Shown here piece after piece: positions 14,870 through 27,890 of a stretch of DNA of 64,000 nt. This stretch comes from Lama guanicoe (taxonomy: Eukaryota): assembly GCA_013239625.1 (NCBI GenBank), contig MU053645.1:62001-126000 (forward strand), read 5' to 3'. A model generated the notes under the pieces. It made no database searches. It was given only the letters and a program-made list of their open reading frames with translations, and was not told where the DNA came from. The first letter of the stretch is position 1. Each line of letters begins with the position of its first letter. The position numbers were made by a program, and so were the translations under genes.

Positions 14870-16128
14870 TATTAGCACTCAAAATACATATTCTTTTTTT
14901 GTTACAGGTGTACAATATGATTCACAACTTTTAAAGGTTATACTCCATTTATAGTTATTATAAAATATTGGCTCTATTTCCCATGTTATACAGTATATCC
15001 TTGTAGCTTATTTTGTAACTGGTAGTTTGTACCTCTTAATCCCCTATCCCTTTTTGCTCCTCCCCCTTCCTTCTCCCCACTGGTAACCACTAATTTGTTC
15101 TCTATATCCATGTGTCTCCTTTTTGTTACATTCACTAGTTTGTTGTATTTTTTAGATTCCACATATAACTGATATCATACAGTATTTGTCTTTCTCTGAC
15201 TTTTTTAACTAGGCATAATGCCCTCCAACTTCATCCATGTTGCTGCAAATGGCGACATTTCATTAATTTCATTCTTTTTTATAACTGACTACTATTCCAT
15301 TGCATACACACACACATTTTTTTAAATGAAACATAGTCAGTTTACAATTTTGTGTCAATTTCTGATGTATAGCATAATAGTTCAGTCATACATATACATA
15401 TATTTGTTTTCATGTTTTTTCATTATGTTACTACAAGATATTGAATATAGTTTCCTGTGCTATACAGTATAAACTTACTGTTTATCTATTTTATATACTT
15501 AGTATCTGCAAATCTTAAACTCTCAATTTGTCCTTCCCCACCCCCCTCCCCCTCCCCCTTGGTAACTGTAGTTTGTTTTCTATATCTGTGAGTCTCCTTC
15601 TGTTTTGTAAATAAGTTCATTTGTCTTTTTTTAGATTCCACATGTAAGTGGTATCATATGATATTTTTCGTTCTCTTTCTGGGTTACTTTACTTAGAATG
15701 ACAATCTCCAGGTCCATCCATGTTGCTGCAAATGGCATTATTTCATTCTTTTTTGTGGCTGAGTAGTATTCCATTGTACAAATATACCACAATTTCTTTA
15801 TCCAGTCATCTGTTGATGGACACTTAGGTTGTTTCCATGTCTTAGTGACTATAAATAGTGCAGCTATGAACACTGGGGTGCATATATCTTTTTGAATTAA
15901 AATTCCCTCTGGATATATGCCCAGGAGTGGGATTGCTCGATCATATGCTAAGTCCAGTTTTAGTTTTTTAAGAAACCTCCATACTGTCCCCCATAGTGGT
16001 TGCACCAATTTACATTCCCACCAACAGTGTACAAGGGTTCCCTTTTCTCCACATCTTCACCAACATTTGTTATTTGTGCTCTTTTTGATGATAGCCATTC
16101 TCACAGGTGTGAGGTGATAGCTCATTGT
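14870..16128 (-). mobile_element. Two adjacent L1 3' ends (older ~14870-15315, younger ~15316-16128)
   Basis: ORF 15631-16008 is the L1 ORF2 C-terminus ([15 protein letters not shown]...FAATWMDLE). Confidence 0.92.
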
Positions 16129-16399
16129 GATAATTTTGGGAATGAAGATATTTGGAACTGAAGTGTTTTATTTGGCCTTTGTATTATATAATTGGCAATA
16201 CATAAAATATATAGATTTATATATATTTTATTTTTAAATATTTTAATTTGTACATAAATTTATTTATATATAAAATAAACCATATATACACATTTTAAAC
16301 TCCACCTTTATGCAAGCACTAATATTGGAAGAATACATACTACTAAATTTATGAATGCAATCTCTAAGCTAGTACATTATTGAGGGCTCTAACAATTAA

Positions 16400-16801
16400 A
16401 GTATGTAATGTTTTCTGCTAAAAACAACCCCTAAATCTCAGGGGCTCAGCCCCAAAAGAGTTTATAATGCTGATGTCAAAATTCAATGGAGGTCATCAAG
16501 TGGCCAGAAAGAGAGAGGATTCTAAGCAGTCATTAAGAGATTCAAACGTCTTCCATCCTACAGCTCTACCATCTTCTTTGGCCTGAAAGTCCTCCAAAGT
16601 CTTTGCAACTGACTAGCAATTTAATGAAAAAGGTCACTGGAGAATCCTGTAGAAAGTTTTAGGAGCCAGGTCTGGCAAGCTTCACTGCTGGTCACAGTTA
16701 ACTCACTAAACTGAGGCTGGGGGGCTGGGGAAGGTAGTCTTCCCGTGACCCAGGAGAAAAATGAAACAGAATCTGGGGAACACAGCATTCTCTCTGCCAC
16801 A
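16400..16801. mobile_element. Old MaLR (MLT1-type) LTR
   Basis: aacaacccctaaatctcagggg start and ctctctgccaca end resemble MLT1 LTRs. Confidence 0.55.
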
Positions 16802-17869
16802 GAAGTTTTCCCTTTTGATCTTTTATAGACGTCTGTTATTTACCTAATGCTTTTTTTTTTTTTACAGCCATGTATCATATTTATAATGACTGGGGCAGAA
16901 ATTTCTACTTGCTCACCCTAGTTGTATTCAGGGTGGCAGTGTAAACTCTTAAAATATTTCTTTCCCCAGACTCCCCTGCTATGAGCCATGGCCATGTGAC
17001 GGAGGTTTTGCCAAAGAATGCAATCAGAAATAGTTGTGAAGATTCCAGAAAAGGTGCCTCCAGAGGGGATAAGAAGCCCTCTTGGGCTTTTTTCCCCCAT
17101 TTTCCCTCTTGCTCTCCCTAATCCAACCCCCAAGAATCTGACCATGACAGAATTCGTACAGCCATTCTGGACCAAGAAGTGACTTAGAAAAAGGATGCAA
17201 CTCACTAGGGATAAAAGATCCTGAATCCCTGAATAAGGGAAAACCTCATTCCAATTACTTCAACTTAGTGGAATAACAAACTTCTAGATTACCTAAGTCA
17301 CTGTGTTTCCCACTCTCTCTTTCTAGCAGTAGAAAAAAACAGCTGATCTTAAAATCACCAACAAAAATAATATCATTCTTATTACACAATTAATCTTGTC
17401 AAAGCTTTCAAAGTATTACTATATAATTTAAAGAAGATTATCAGGCCAGTGTAAAAATGGCTTTATTAAAATGAAGAGATAGATTCAATTATATATTTTA
17501 TAATATAATATTTCTCATTCTGTCTTCTCATTTCACATGTTTGGAAAAAACAAATGCACATAAAGCATAGTCATTATATTAAAACTATGCTTCCCTGTGT
17601 TTATTTTGTCTATTTTCTTTTTTTTAAATTGAAGTATACTTGATTTACAATGCTCTGTTAGTTCCAAGGTTGTGAATTTTCTATATTGCACATTACTCAG
17701 GAAGTGCTACACCACCTCATCATTTTCCAAACAAAATGCAAAGGAAAAGATAAATTCCTTGGACAATATTTTATATTTCATTGTTTTGTAGAAGGAGAGG
17801 GACAAGAATGATAACCTATCATAATTAATGCTACTACTACTATCATCATAATGAAGACAGATAATAATT

Positions 17870-18290
17870 ATAGATATAATAATATCTAATACCTATAAAA
17901 GTCTTCTATATGCCAGGCACTGTTCCCAGCACTTGACTTATTATCTCATTTAATAATCAGATGGCTATTTAGTGTAGGAGAGTCCCATAACCAACGCATT
18001 TTGCATAACAAGAGTAATATTATTAATAACAATGACAAAGATGATAGAAACCAAAAATGTTTCCTTACCAAGTGACAGGCAGTCTGCCAAGTGCTCTGTA
18101 TGCACCATTTCCCTTGATTCTCACAAAATCCTGTTAGGTGGATATTCTGTGTATTCTCGTTTTGTAGATGAGGTATTAGAGAGGTTAATTAACTTTTACA
18201 AAGATATCTAGAGAATACTGGCCATATGGGATTTGAGTCCAGGTACTCTGACTCCAGAGTCCGTGCTTCTAAGCAATAAGATACACTGAA
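17870..18290. mobile_element. MIR/L2 fragments
   Basis: ctatatgccaggcactgt and ttttgtagatgagg...gagaggttaattaactt...gggatttgagtccaggtactctgactccagag MIR core. Confidence 0.75.
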
Positions 18291-19049
18291 CCTACCTCAT
18301 CGCAAATCAAAAATGCTCTACAAATGTGGGCTGGATGAATGGGTGAAATAATTAATGACTCTGAAATAGTTATGTCCTGGGAGCCACTGGAACTTAAAGG
18401 AGAATTCTTTATCTGGTTCTGCATCTAATTTAACATAAATTAGTCTCATACAGCATAATGTAGTTATGGCAGTGAGTGACATCCCATCACTTTTGCCAAA
18501 TTCTATTGATTGGAAGCAAGTCACAGGTTCTGTCCGCACTTCAGGGGAGTGAATTACACAAGTGGACACCTAGGGTGTGTCCACCACAATACAGCATGAT
18601 TCCATTTATATGACATTTTCAAAAAGAGAAAAGTACACTGAATGATCAGCGGCTGCCAGGGGTTCCAGATGGGGGGTGTGTGACCACACAGGGGTCGCAC
18701 AGGAAGTTGAGGGGGTGATGGAACTCTGCTGGATTCTGACTTTGGTAGTGATTGTATATAATATATATTATATATATAATAGAATATTATATATATATTA
18801 TATGAATCTATCCATGTGTAAAATCCAAAGATGTGTATACCAAAAAGTCATGTATTACATATGAAACTTTAAAGTATGTTCTGACTGCATAATAATTAAA
18901 AAATAAAAATTTAAATGGAAAAATTTAATAGCCATTATATAAAAATCAACACTTATAATATGCTTTAGAAACCTGCTTCTTCCTAAAGCAGACTTAATAA
19001 CAAAGAAAACAAAAATAACACTCATACACATATTATTAGAAAGCATCAG

Positions 19050-22000
19050 TTTCATTTTGACTTAGGATATAAAAAGCCATAGGAGAATGTCACCCATAAC
19101 TTAACAATGATAAAAATCTAGATAATCAACAAAACCATAACATTCCTTGAGCTCATCACAGAACTGAGGTAAACTGAATTCCGAAGGGCAATGAGCCCCT
19201 CTGGCAGAGCATGGAGACAGAAGTCTGCTGTCATGCAGGCAGGTGAAGAGAAATCAGCTGAACTTGTAATGAATTCTTAAATTCCTACACTCTTAATGGG
19301 CTAGTGTGTCAACAGTTTGGAATATGTGGCACCCAAGACACTTACACACTCACTGCCAAATTATTTTTCACAGTCCTTTACCAGAAGCACACAAACATGA
19401 CTGGGGACAACGCAGAAAACTAAAATGAGCCCACGCCAGTGGTTCAGGTATGCAGGAGGCAATCAGCTGTTGCTGGCGGACAGACATGTAGCCCCACACG
19501 CTTATCCAACCAAACCCTTCTATCATGGCAAGCAAAAGCCTTAAGCCACTAGGGGAGAAGCACAAACCATCTCCTCTTGGACCCAGGTGAAAATCCCTCA
19601 CTTCTGGTTGAGGGGCAGAAGCAATAGCTATCTTCCTGGGGAGGGGAGACAGGAAACCCTCCCGTCCCCAAGACAAAGACACGAAACCCTTAAGCCAAGG
19701 ATCCTACATGAATAAAAAGCAGTAGTGAGCTACTCCTAAGCAAGGGGCAAGAATGTATTTCCCACAAAAGAGCAACACCAGATACAAATCAGAGTTTAGC
19801 TGCCATTTGGAGGGGAAAGGATGCTGAGAAAGCACAGCCCTCAAGGTCTAGGTACACAGGGCCTCTGTAAGGCTGAGGCTGTACAGAACAACAGGAAACA
19901 CTCCCTGCCTCACCATAAGCCTAGCACCTAATAATAACAGGAGCCCACTGCTGCAAAACAGGCAAGAGTGTGAAGAGAGACACCCTCCCACCTTCAACCA
20001 GTGGCACAGGTGTGAAGGGACTGCTGAAAATTTAGGCTGGAGAAAGATCATTGAGAAAAATCCTCTGGCGCTCAGGCTGCACTCTAAGCAAAATACATAT
20101 GTTATACAAGCCAGATGGTAATGAAGAGAGAAAAGGATGACACAATCTCCAACTTATTTTATGATACCAGCATTAACCTCACACTGGGAAGAAACAGAAC
20201 AAATAAAGAAAACTAAAGATCAATGTGTCTCATAAACAAAGACATGGATCTAATGATACAGATACAGAAATTATATAGAATTACATAGAAAATTATACAG
20301 AAGAATTTTAATGGTATAGAAAAGGATAATATATTATGATCAAATGGTGTTTATCCTGGAAATAGAGGGATGGTTATACATTTGCAAATCAATCAACATA
20401 ATTCACCATATCAACAGACTGAATAAAGAGGAAAAATATCATCTCAATTGATGCAAAAAAAGCATGTGACTTAATTCCACAGACATTCATGATAAAAATG
20501 TTGAGCAAACTAGCAATTAAAGGGATCTCCCTCAAACTGATCAAGAGCATTTACAAAAAAAAACCTAGTGTAAACATCATAATTAATGATGAAACACAGA
20601 ATGTTTTTCCTCTAAAATCAGGAACAAGGCAAGGATGTCTGCTTTCACTACTTCTGTTCAACATTATGTTAGAGACCCTAGCCAATAAATAATATCTGAA
20701 AAACAAAGGGGATACAAATTGGAATGGAAGAAATGAAACTGTTTAACTGCATGCAACATGATGATCTATGCAGAAAATCCTACTGAATTTACCAAAAGAA
20801 AAAAAAAAGCTACTAGATCTAATACGTAAGTTTATTATTATCACCAGATGTAAGATCAATATAATTTATTTTGATACAATAAAAATTGGAAGTTAAAGTT
20901 TAAGAAAGCACCATTTATAATATCATCAACCCCCAGAAAACACTAAATTAGAATAAACCTAGCAAATATGTGCATGATTTGTATGCTGAAAACTTCAACA
21001 CATTGATGAGAGAAATTAAAGAAGACCTGAATAAATGGAGAAATATATTATGTTCATTGAGTGAAAGATGAACTAGTTTTAGGATGTAACTTCTCTCCAA
21101 ACATATCTATAGATTTGATGGAATTTCTATCAAAATTCCAGTAGGATTTCTGTAGAAATTGAGAAGGTATTTCTAAAATGCATATGGAAAAGCAAAGGAA
21201 CTAGAATAGCCAGAACAATTTTGAGAAGGAAATACAAAGTTGCAAGAGTCACACTACCTCATTTCAAGACTACCGTAATGAAAACACTGTATTATTGACA
21301 TAGGATAGACATATAGATAAATAAAACATGAACAAATCAGCATATACAGTCTACAGATTTCTGACAATGGTAATTAAATGGAGAAATGATGGCCTCTTCA
21401 ACAAATAGTGCTGGAAAAATTTGACATCATATGCAAAATATTTACCTTGAACCCATAGATAAGATCATATATAAAAATTAACTCAAAATGAATTACTGAC
21501 CTAAGTGTAAAAGCAAAAATTATGAAACATGTAGAAGAAAACAAAGTAGAAAATCTTTGAGACCTTCATTTAGATAAAGATTTATTAGAATGCAAAAAGC
21601 ATGGACCATAAAACATTTGATAAAATTGACCTGAAAACTTCTGCTCTTCAAAAAATAAAGTGGAAATCCACAGAGTGGGAGAATATATTTAGAAAACACT
21701 TATCTGATAAAAACAAACAAACAACTTGTATCCAGAATATATAAAGAACTCTATAATTCAATAATAAGATTAACAACTCAATTTTGAAAATGGACAAGCA
21801 ATTTCAATAGATTCTCATCAAAAAAGATATATGAATGTCAAACAAACATATTAAAAGATAATCCATATCATTAGTAATTAAGGATATGTGAGTTAAACTA
21901 CCACTAACACCTTTATAAGAACAGCTAATATTAAAAAGAGAAAAAAAAGCCGACAGTATCAATGACTGGCAATGATGCACAGCTACAGGGCCTTATACAT

Positions 22001-22615
22001 TGCTGGTGGAAATATAAATTCCACAGCTACTTTAGAAAACACTTTGGCAGTTTCTGATATAGTTAGACATAAACTTATCAAAAATCCAGAAATCTCATTC
22101 TTTGGGTATTTACCCAAGAGAAATAAAACTTATGTACAATGATCTGTTCTGGACTGTTTATAACAATTTTAATCACAATCAGCAAATATGACAAATCTAC
22201 TGGTGAATGGAGACATAAATTGTAGAATAATAGAATACCTGTAAGCTGTAACAAGGAATGAACTACTGATACATGCAACAACACGGGTAAATATCAGAAA
22301 CGTTATGATAAGTGAAAGAAGCCAGATGCAAAAGGTCACATACTGTATGATTCCATTTATATGACATTCTGGAAAATGAAAAACTATAGGGACAGAAACA
22401 ATAGGCATGTCCCTATGCCAGGAACTGGTGTAGAGAGAGAGTGCTAACTTCAGTGAGGGAGAAAGGAACATTTTGGAGTTGTGGAAATATTCTATAGCCT
22501 GACTGTATTGGTTATTACATGACTGTATATGTTTGTCAAAACTCATCAAACTATATACCTAAAAGAGTGAATTTAGCTCTATGTAAATTATACCTTAATA
22601 AACCTGCATCTTAAA
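19050..22615 (+). mobile_element. Old LINE-1 (5' region remnant, ORF2 and 3'UTR)
   Basis: ORF 20489-20692 [26 protein letters not shown] (L1 RT); L1M-type 3' end ...taaattataccttaataaa. Confidence 0.88.
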
Positions 22616-25367
22616 ATCCAATCAGAATACAACACATATAAGAAGTTTAGATTTTACAGTGAGAGTAATGGGGCTACATACAGGAATTCTGTTTGTCCCT
22701 TGGGTCACTGATTGCCAAAGGAGGTTGTGAGTACCACAAGGTATGTGTAAAAATATCCTCTGGAATGTAGAATGAATATATTAGATATTCAATTTGTTTA
22801 GTCTAACTAGTTTTTAATAACTTTTATTACTGAATTTGCTTTAAAAATGTAGGGGGGCACCTAAGACCTGACTTTAGATGTGGTTATGTAACTCTTTGTA
22901 TAAATTCATATTTCCACTAAATATCTCTTTTGTTGAAAAGTCAGTTAACGTGGGACAAATGTCAAGAATCCAGAGGACTTCAGCATCACCTAGCTTGTGA
23001 AATGCATCCTCACTGGGAGAGCCTTTAACTGCACCAAAGCTCTCACGTGCCAGTCAGCCATATGAGGGGAAGGAAAGGAAGGAGCAGAAGCCAATGGCCT
23101 ATAATCTGGAGACAGTTCTGGTTAAGAATACGCTCCCAGTGAGAAAGTAGAAGCCAATTAACATATGAGAGACAGAGTGGTTATTGAATAAATAAATATC
23201 AACATTTTTAGTGTATAAGGTCCATATAAAAGAAACGATCCATTTAGAATACTCCCAAAGACCACGAGGGAGTCATGAGCATAGGTAAAACAAGAAATCT
23301 TAGATTCTTAATGGATATTCAAAATTTCAATGACTCCTAAGGCACAGGCACAAACAGCTGAAACTGTAAATAAAGTCAAAATCTTATTATTAATGTTCGC
23401 TGATAGAATGTCAGCCCACCTGAAGAGGAAGAATATCAGAAGAAAACTTACTAAGGATGAGCATTCCAGGTAAGAAAAGGGCAAGCCAGATAGTGAATCA
23501 CTGACAGGGCCAAAGGGACACAATACTCTCTGGTCTAATGTATATGAACACACATAATGTAGGGAAAAAAGAAAAAAAAATACCAACCAGTGACCTAGAA
23601 GTCATAAGATGAACCTGTCCTGTTTGGAGATTCTGTATTTCCTAGGTAATGCTAAAACATACACAGAGCCCACGGGAATTCAAGAGTCAGGATGATGCAA
23701 TGGGAAACATACAAAAAAAAGAAAGTGAAAGACAGAGTGATGAGGACCTCACAATGTCATCATCCCAGCACATATCAAATAAAGCTTTATTACGCTCTGA
23801 GTGTTGAAGTAGAGAGACTAAGCTGTAGTGTTCATCACAGGATTAACAAGCAAAGTGAAAGAGCTTCATTGGATCTGCCTTGGGGGATTTAAAGATAAAA
23901 GGAATCTCCTTCTCATTGTGTTCCTCACCCCCACTCCATCTCCACCCCCGCCACCCTCTAGACACCCATAGGAAAAGAAAGATCCAAGCTGGACCAAAAC
24001 TATTCCTGTCATCACTCTGAATAAAGGTACTTACCAGTTCTTTAGTGAGGAGATACGAGAGAGACTGTTAAATATATACTGTCTAAACTTCAGAGTTTCT
24101 CAGACAAGCATTATGGGAAGGTTGTTGTGTTAGAAGTTCTCAAATAGACATATTCAGACATGGGTTTGGGACCGAGTTCTAACTTCTACTAGCTCACTAA
24201 AGGGACCACTGTTACCACTGGATATCAAAATGTATTACAAGGATAAAATAATTTTTAAAAGCTCAGTAACAGTCTAAGTGTGTAGCAAGCAGATATGAAC
24301 GTAACAATGCAGGAGAAAAGAAGAAAAGATGTCCAAATGAACCACTGAAGATCTGAATGTGATGTGATTGATTGGTACATCTGAAATAGACTAGAAATCA
24401 ATCAGTGAACTCTGAATCATGTAGAAAAATCCTTAGGTCATTGATCTGCGTAGGACTGTCTGGTTAACCACAAAAACAGTGATTTTAGAGGCCTCTACTG
24501 CCTTAGGGCCACTAAGTAGTTTCCTCCTTCTGTTCTTAGATGTACCATCCTAAAAACTTGCAAGGGAGCTTGAATAAATAATTTTGAATGGGCAATGCTC
24601 ACTTAAAGAAAAGGCAAAGAGAAGAGAGAATAAACAAAGAGACTTCTTCTGTCAAAGGAGAAGGAAGGTAGCCAATAAAAATGGAGAAGACAGACAAAAA
24701 GATAAATAAATATTGGGCACCAAAGAAACATATTGTGGTTGGGGAAAATATTTAAAAGTTCAAGAAAAGAGAAGTAGTTTTATAATGCTTCAGTATGTAG
24801 GCCTTATTATAGCGATGAAACATACGGAATGAATGAGTGTGTGTGCGGTGGGAGACTGGGGAAGGGGAGTGCTGAGGAATGCATCAGGGACATCATTTCT
24901 GTTACTGGTTATTTTGGTACTTTGGGGCCTTCTGAGGTTTACTCTAGGGTAATCTTTTAACTTTTTAAAGCTTCCAGTGCTGCCTTATCTACACAAGGCA
25001 GCCAGACACAGATACTGGGGTTTGTGTCTCTTGTACTTAGACAAAAACACAATGACCTCATTAAGAGGATGAGCTTAGGAGTCACGTATCTTGAATGGCT
25101 GTCATGGCTACTTACTGGATAGGGTAGTTTTCAAGTATTTATTGAGAGTTAGGCAGTTGGCTGGAATCTGCAAGTCTTCCATACATAGACATCATCATAC
25201 TCATTTGTATAATTTCTTCATAGGAGTTTAACACATTTAATTCTTTCCTAACTAGAATCTGAGGTTTTTCGTTGAAAAAGTTATGGTCACTGAGCCAGAA
25301 TCAAAGTAAATGGCACTTCATATTCTCAGCTTAACCATATTTTAACATGAAATGGAAAGAGCCTTAC

Positions 25368-25553
25368 CCAGTGTCACGTGGATCGTGGAGAGTCTGGCTC
25401 CGTGATGTGGTTGGTTTTATTCTCACTCCAGCTGCTTTTCCAGCAGAGCCTTCTCCCTGCTCGGCACTTTTGTGGTCACGCTGCCTTTCTGGGGCTTGAC
25501 TGGTATCACATGCAGATCCCCCAGGTCGTGTGTATCTCTGATATTGACCTAAG
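25368..25553 (-). other. Putative 5'UTR 'exon B', copy 2 (long form)
   Basis: Donor GGG-gtaagg context at 25367-25362; candidate acceptor ccctgtctcctcttggacag; homologous to 11165-11229. Confidence 0.5.
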
Positions 25554-26944
25554 CTGTCCAAGAGGAGACAGGGAATCAAACCAATTAAATGGAAAAGGTG
25601 TAAAGAAACTTCACTGCCAAAACTTCAGCCGGCATGTCATTCTGACACACAGGAATGAGATGAAATCTCCCCTGTGATGTAGATGCCATGTTTATTTTCC
25701 TTCTTGTCCTTATTATTTGAAGTGCTCTCTGTGATACAGTTATGCTAGTTGGTTCATGCTAAAATCATTCCTCTCATGAAAAAGTATGATTTGGAAACAA
25801 GAAAGAATGGAAGTAACAATTGCCTTGTGTCTCTCTACAGGCCAAATCTGAGTGGCTAGATTTTTTAAGTGCTTTCTGTTGTGAATTCTCATATCAGTCC
25901 TCGTGTGGGGCTTTTTCTTCTAGACACATACAATTTTTTCACCGGAACTGCAATCACACTCTACATGCTGTCTCATAGTCTGCTAAAACAAACTACGGTT
26001 CATGGCATTGTTTGCTCACTTCATAAAAATAGTTGCCTGGAGAAAATCTGGAAAATCTGGCAAGCGCCATCTTCTGACAGGTACCAGAGCTGCATCCTGT
26101 TACTACCAGATCCTTTTTATGGGAGAAGGGTGGGAACTAACATCCCGGCAAGCCAGCAGTTTTCTCAGGCTTCTAGAATATACCATACTCAAATTTAAAG
26201 TTTTGTTATGCATCACACAAAAAATGGAATGCTAATGTCTTTATTTCTAAGGGCCTGATAAAAAAAATTGCATGCTTGCTGAGAATTGAATAGATAAGAA
26301 AGACTTAAAAAGAAAGTATAATTCTGGGAAAACATATTATTGTTTCATGAATATCTTTCAATATTTTTTGTTTACATATATACATGAATACATATAATTT
26401 CAAAACAGCTTTTTACTGTGCTCAAGCAGTTTGAAACTTTTTCCATTATCAGTATTTTCAACGTGCTTTTGTTTGAATCACTTCAACTGTAATTTTACCC
26501 CCTAATTTACATTTTACTTCAAACTTATTTGTGATATTGTTAAAAATGATTAACTATGTATTAAGAATTACTTTTAAATAGAGATAGTAAAGAGTATCTT
26601 GTCTCTCAAACTATACAAATGATACCAGGGAGCCTTATATTTTTTCTGATGTTGTTATACATATCGTATTAACACAGTCCTTTATCTTTAAATGACATAA
26701 CATGGTACTTGTTATTCTGCAATTTGCCTTTTTCACCTACTACTACTTCTCAGACATCTTTTCAAATCACTACATGCTCATACTTCCATTTGTCAGCTAT
26801 GTAACATTCAATTGTAAATGTAAGGATGCACCACATCACACAATATTTCTGAAACTGCTAATAGAAATAAACCAGATCCTCTGTCTGTCTCACTCTTGAA
26901 CTTAAAAGATAGAATAAAATGGTTATTGCTGCCCACAGCCGTAC

Positions 26945-27113
26945 CTGTGGTCTGACAGAATGAGTTACAAGGAGAACAAACATAGGGCTGTAGCCACAGC
27001 ACAGCAACCAGGCTACGCTGTTGATCAGGTCCAGGAAAATTTCCACTATCGGCAAAAGACTGGGAGCAGGGGTATGTCTGCGTGTCCGTGTGTGTCTATG
27101 AATGCTTATGCAT
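26945..27113 (-). other. Putative 5'UTR 'exon C', copy 2
   Basis: Acceptor ctcatttggtttcag| and donor CAG|gtacgg on the minus strand. Confidence 0.5.
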
Positions 27114-27769
27114 CTGAAACCAAATGAGTACAAATTTGTTTCAGCTTCATTTTGCTCTACTAATTAAAAAAAATGATCATGGAATAAAGCAATTCTAAAA
27201 ATGCTGAAACTGGTTAAAAATATACTTTGAAATCCTCAGTAATCTGAACACTACAGAGATAGTATTAACATGGGAGTCTAGTTACCTCTGGAAGGAAAAT
27301 GTACATGTTTTTTCACAAATGTTATCATTCAACAGCATATCTGAATCCCTTCCATGATCATCGTACATTTATATTTGTGTTTGTATGTGTCAAGCACTTT
27401 TTATGGTTACATTTTTCTACTAGTTATTTTTTTTTCTGTAGAATAATAAATGTTTAAATCAAAAGATAATAGATTCTGTAATGAAGACAGAAATATGGGA
27501 TGCCATGTAAGAAATTAAGACTAATAGCATGCCTTACTGAAGTCTTAATTTAGATGCTGTAATCTGATCACCCATTCCCACACTGTGGACTTCAGAAAAT
27601 ATCGGGAGAAACTAAATTTTCAGGGGATTGATTGTGTCACAGTAATAACAATTTCCGCCAAACTATATTTCATTCCCACTTCTCCCAGGCAACAATCAAT
27701 TTTTTTTCACCGTTATACCAAAGCCCGAAGAAATTCCCAGAAAAAAACTAGCTTTAAGACAGCCATTAC

Positions 27770-27890
27770 CTTGAAGCTTCTTGTCAGCTGCAGCCTCGTG
27801 AAATGCAGCTCCTCCCCCAAGACTGGCCTGGCACAGCTCACTCCCAAGCTTCTCAGAGGATGCTCCGCCCCCTCCCTGTGATGGGGAAAG
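27770..27890 (-). promoter_or_regulatory. Promoter and first exon, copy 2 (GC box 27863-27876)
   Basis: One mismatch seen versus copy 1 over ~130 bp; same donor. Confidence 0.6.

Noticed and set aside
25378..25677. Identical-looking 99-aa ORFs at 25378-25677 and 31688-31987 (and antisense 71-aa ORFs) as a duplicated microprotein gene
   Set aside because: No ATG start (GTG on the plus strand), no recognisable domain, disrupted in copy 1; the identity is explained by the near-identical DNA patch
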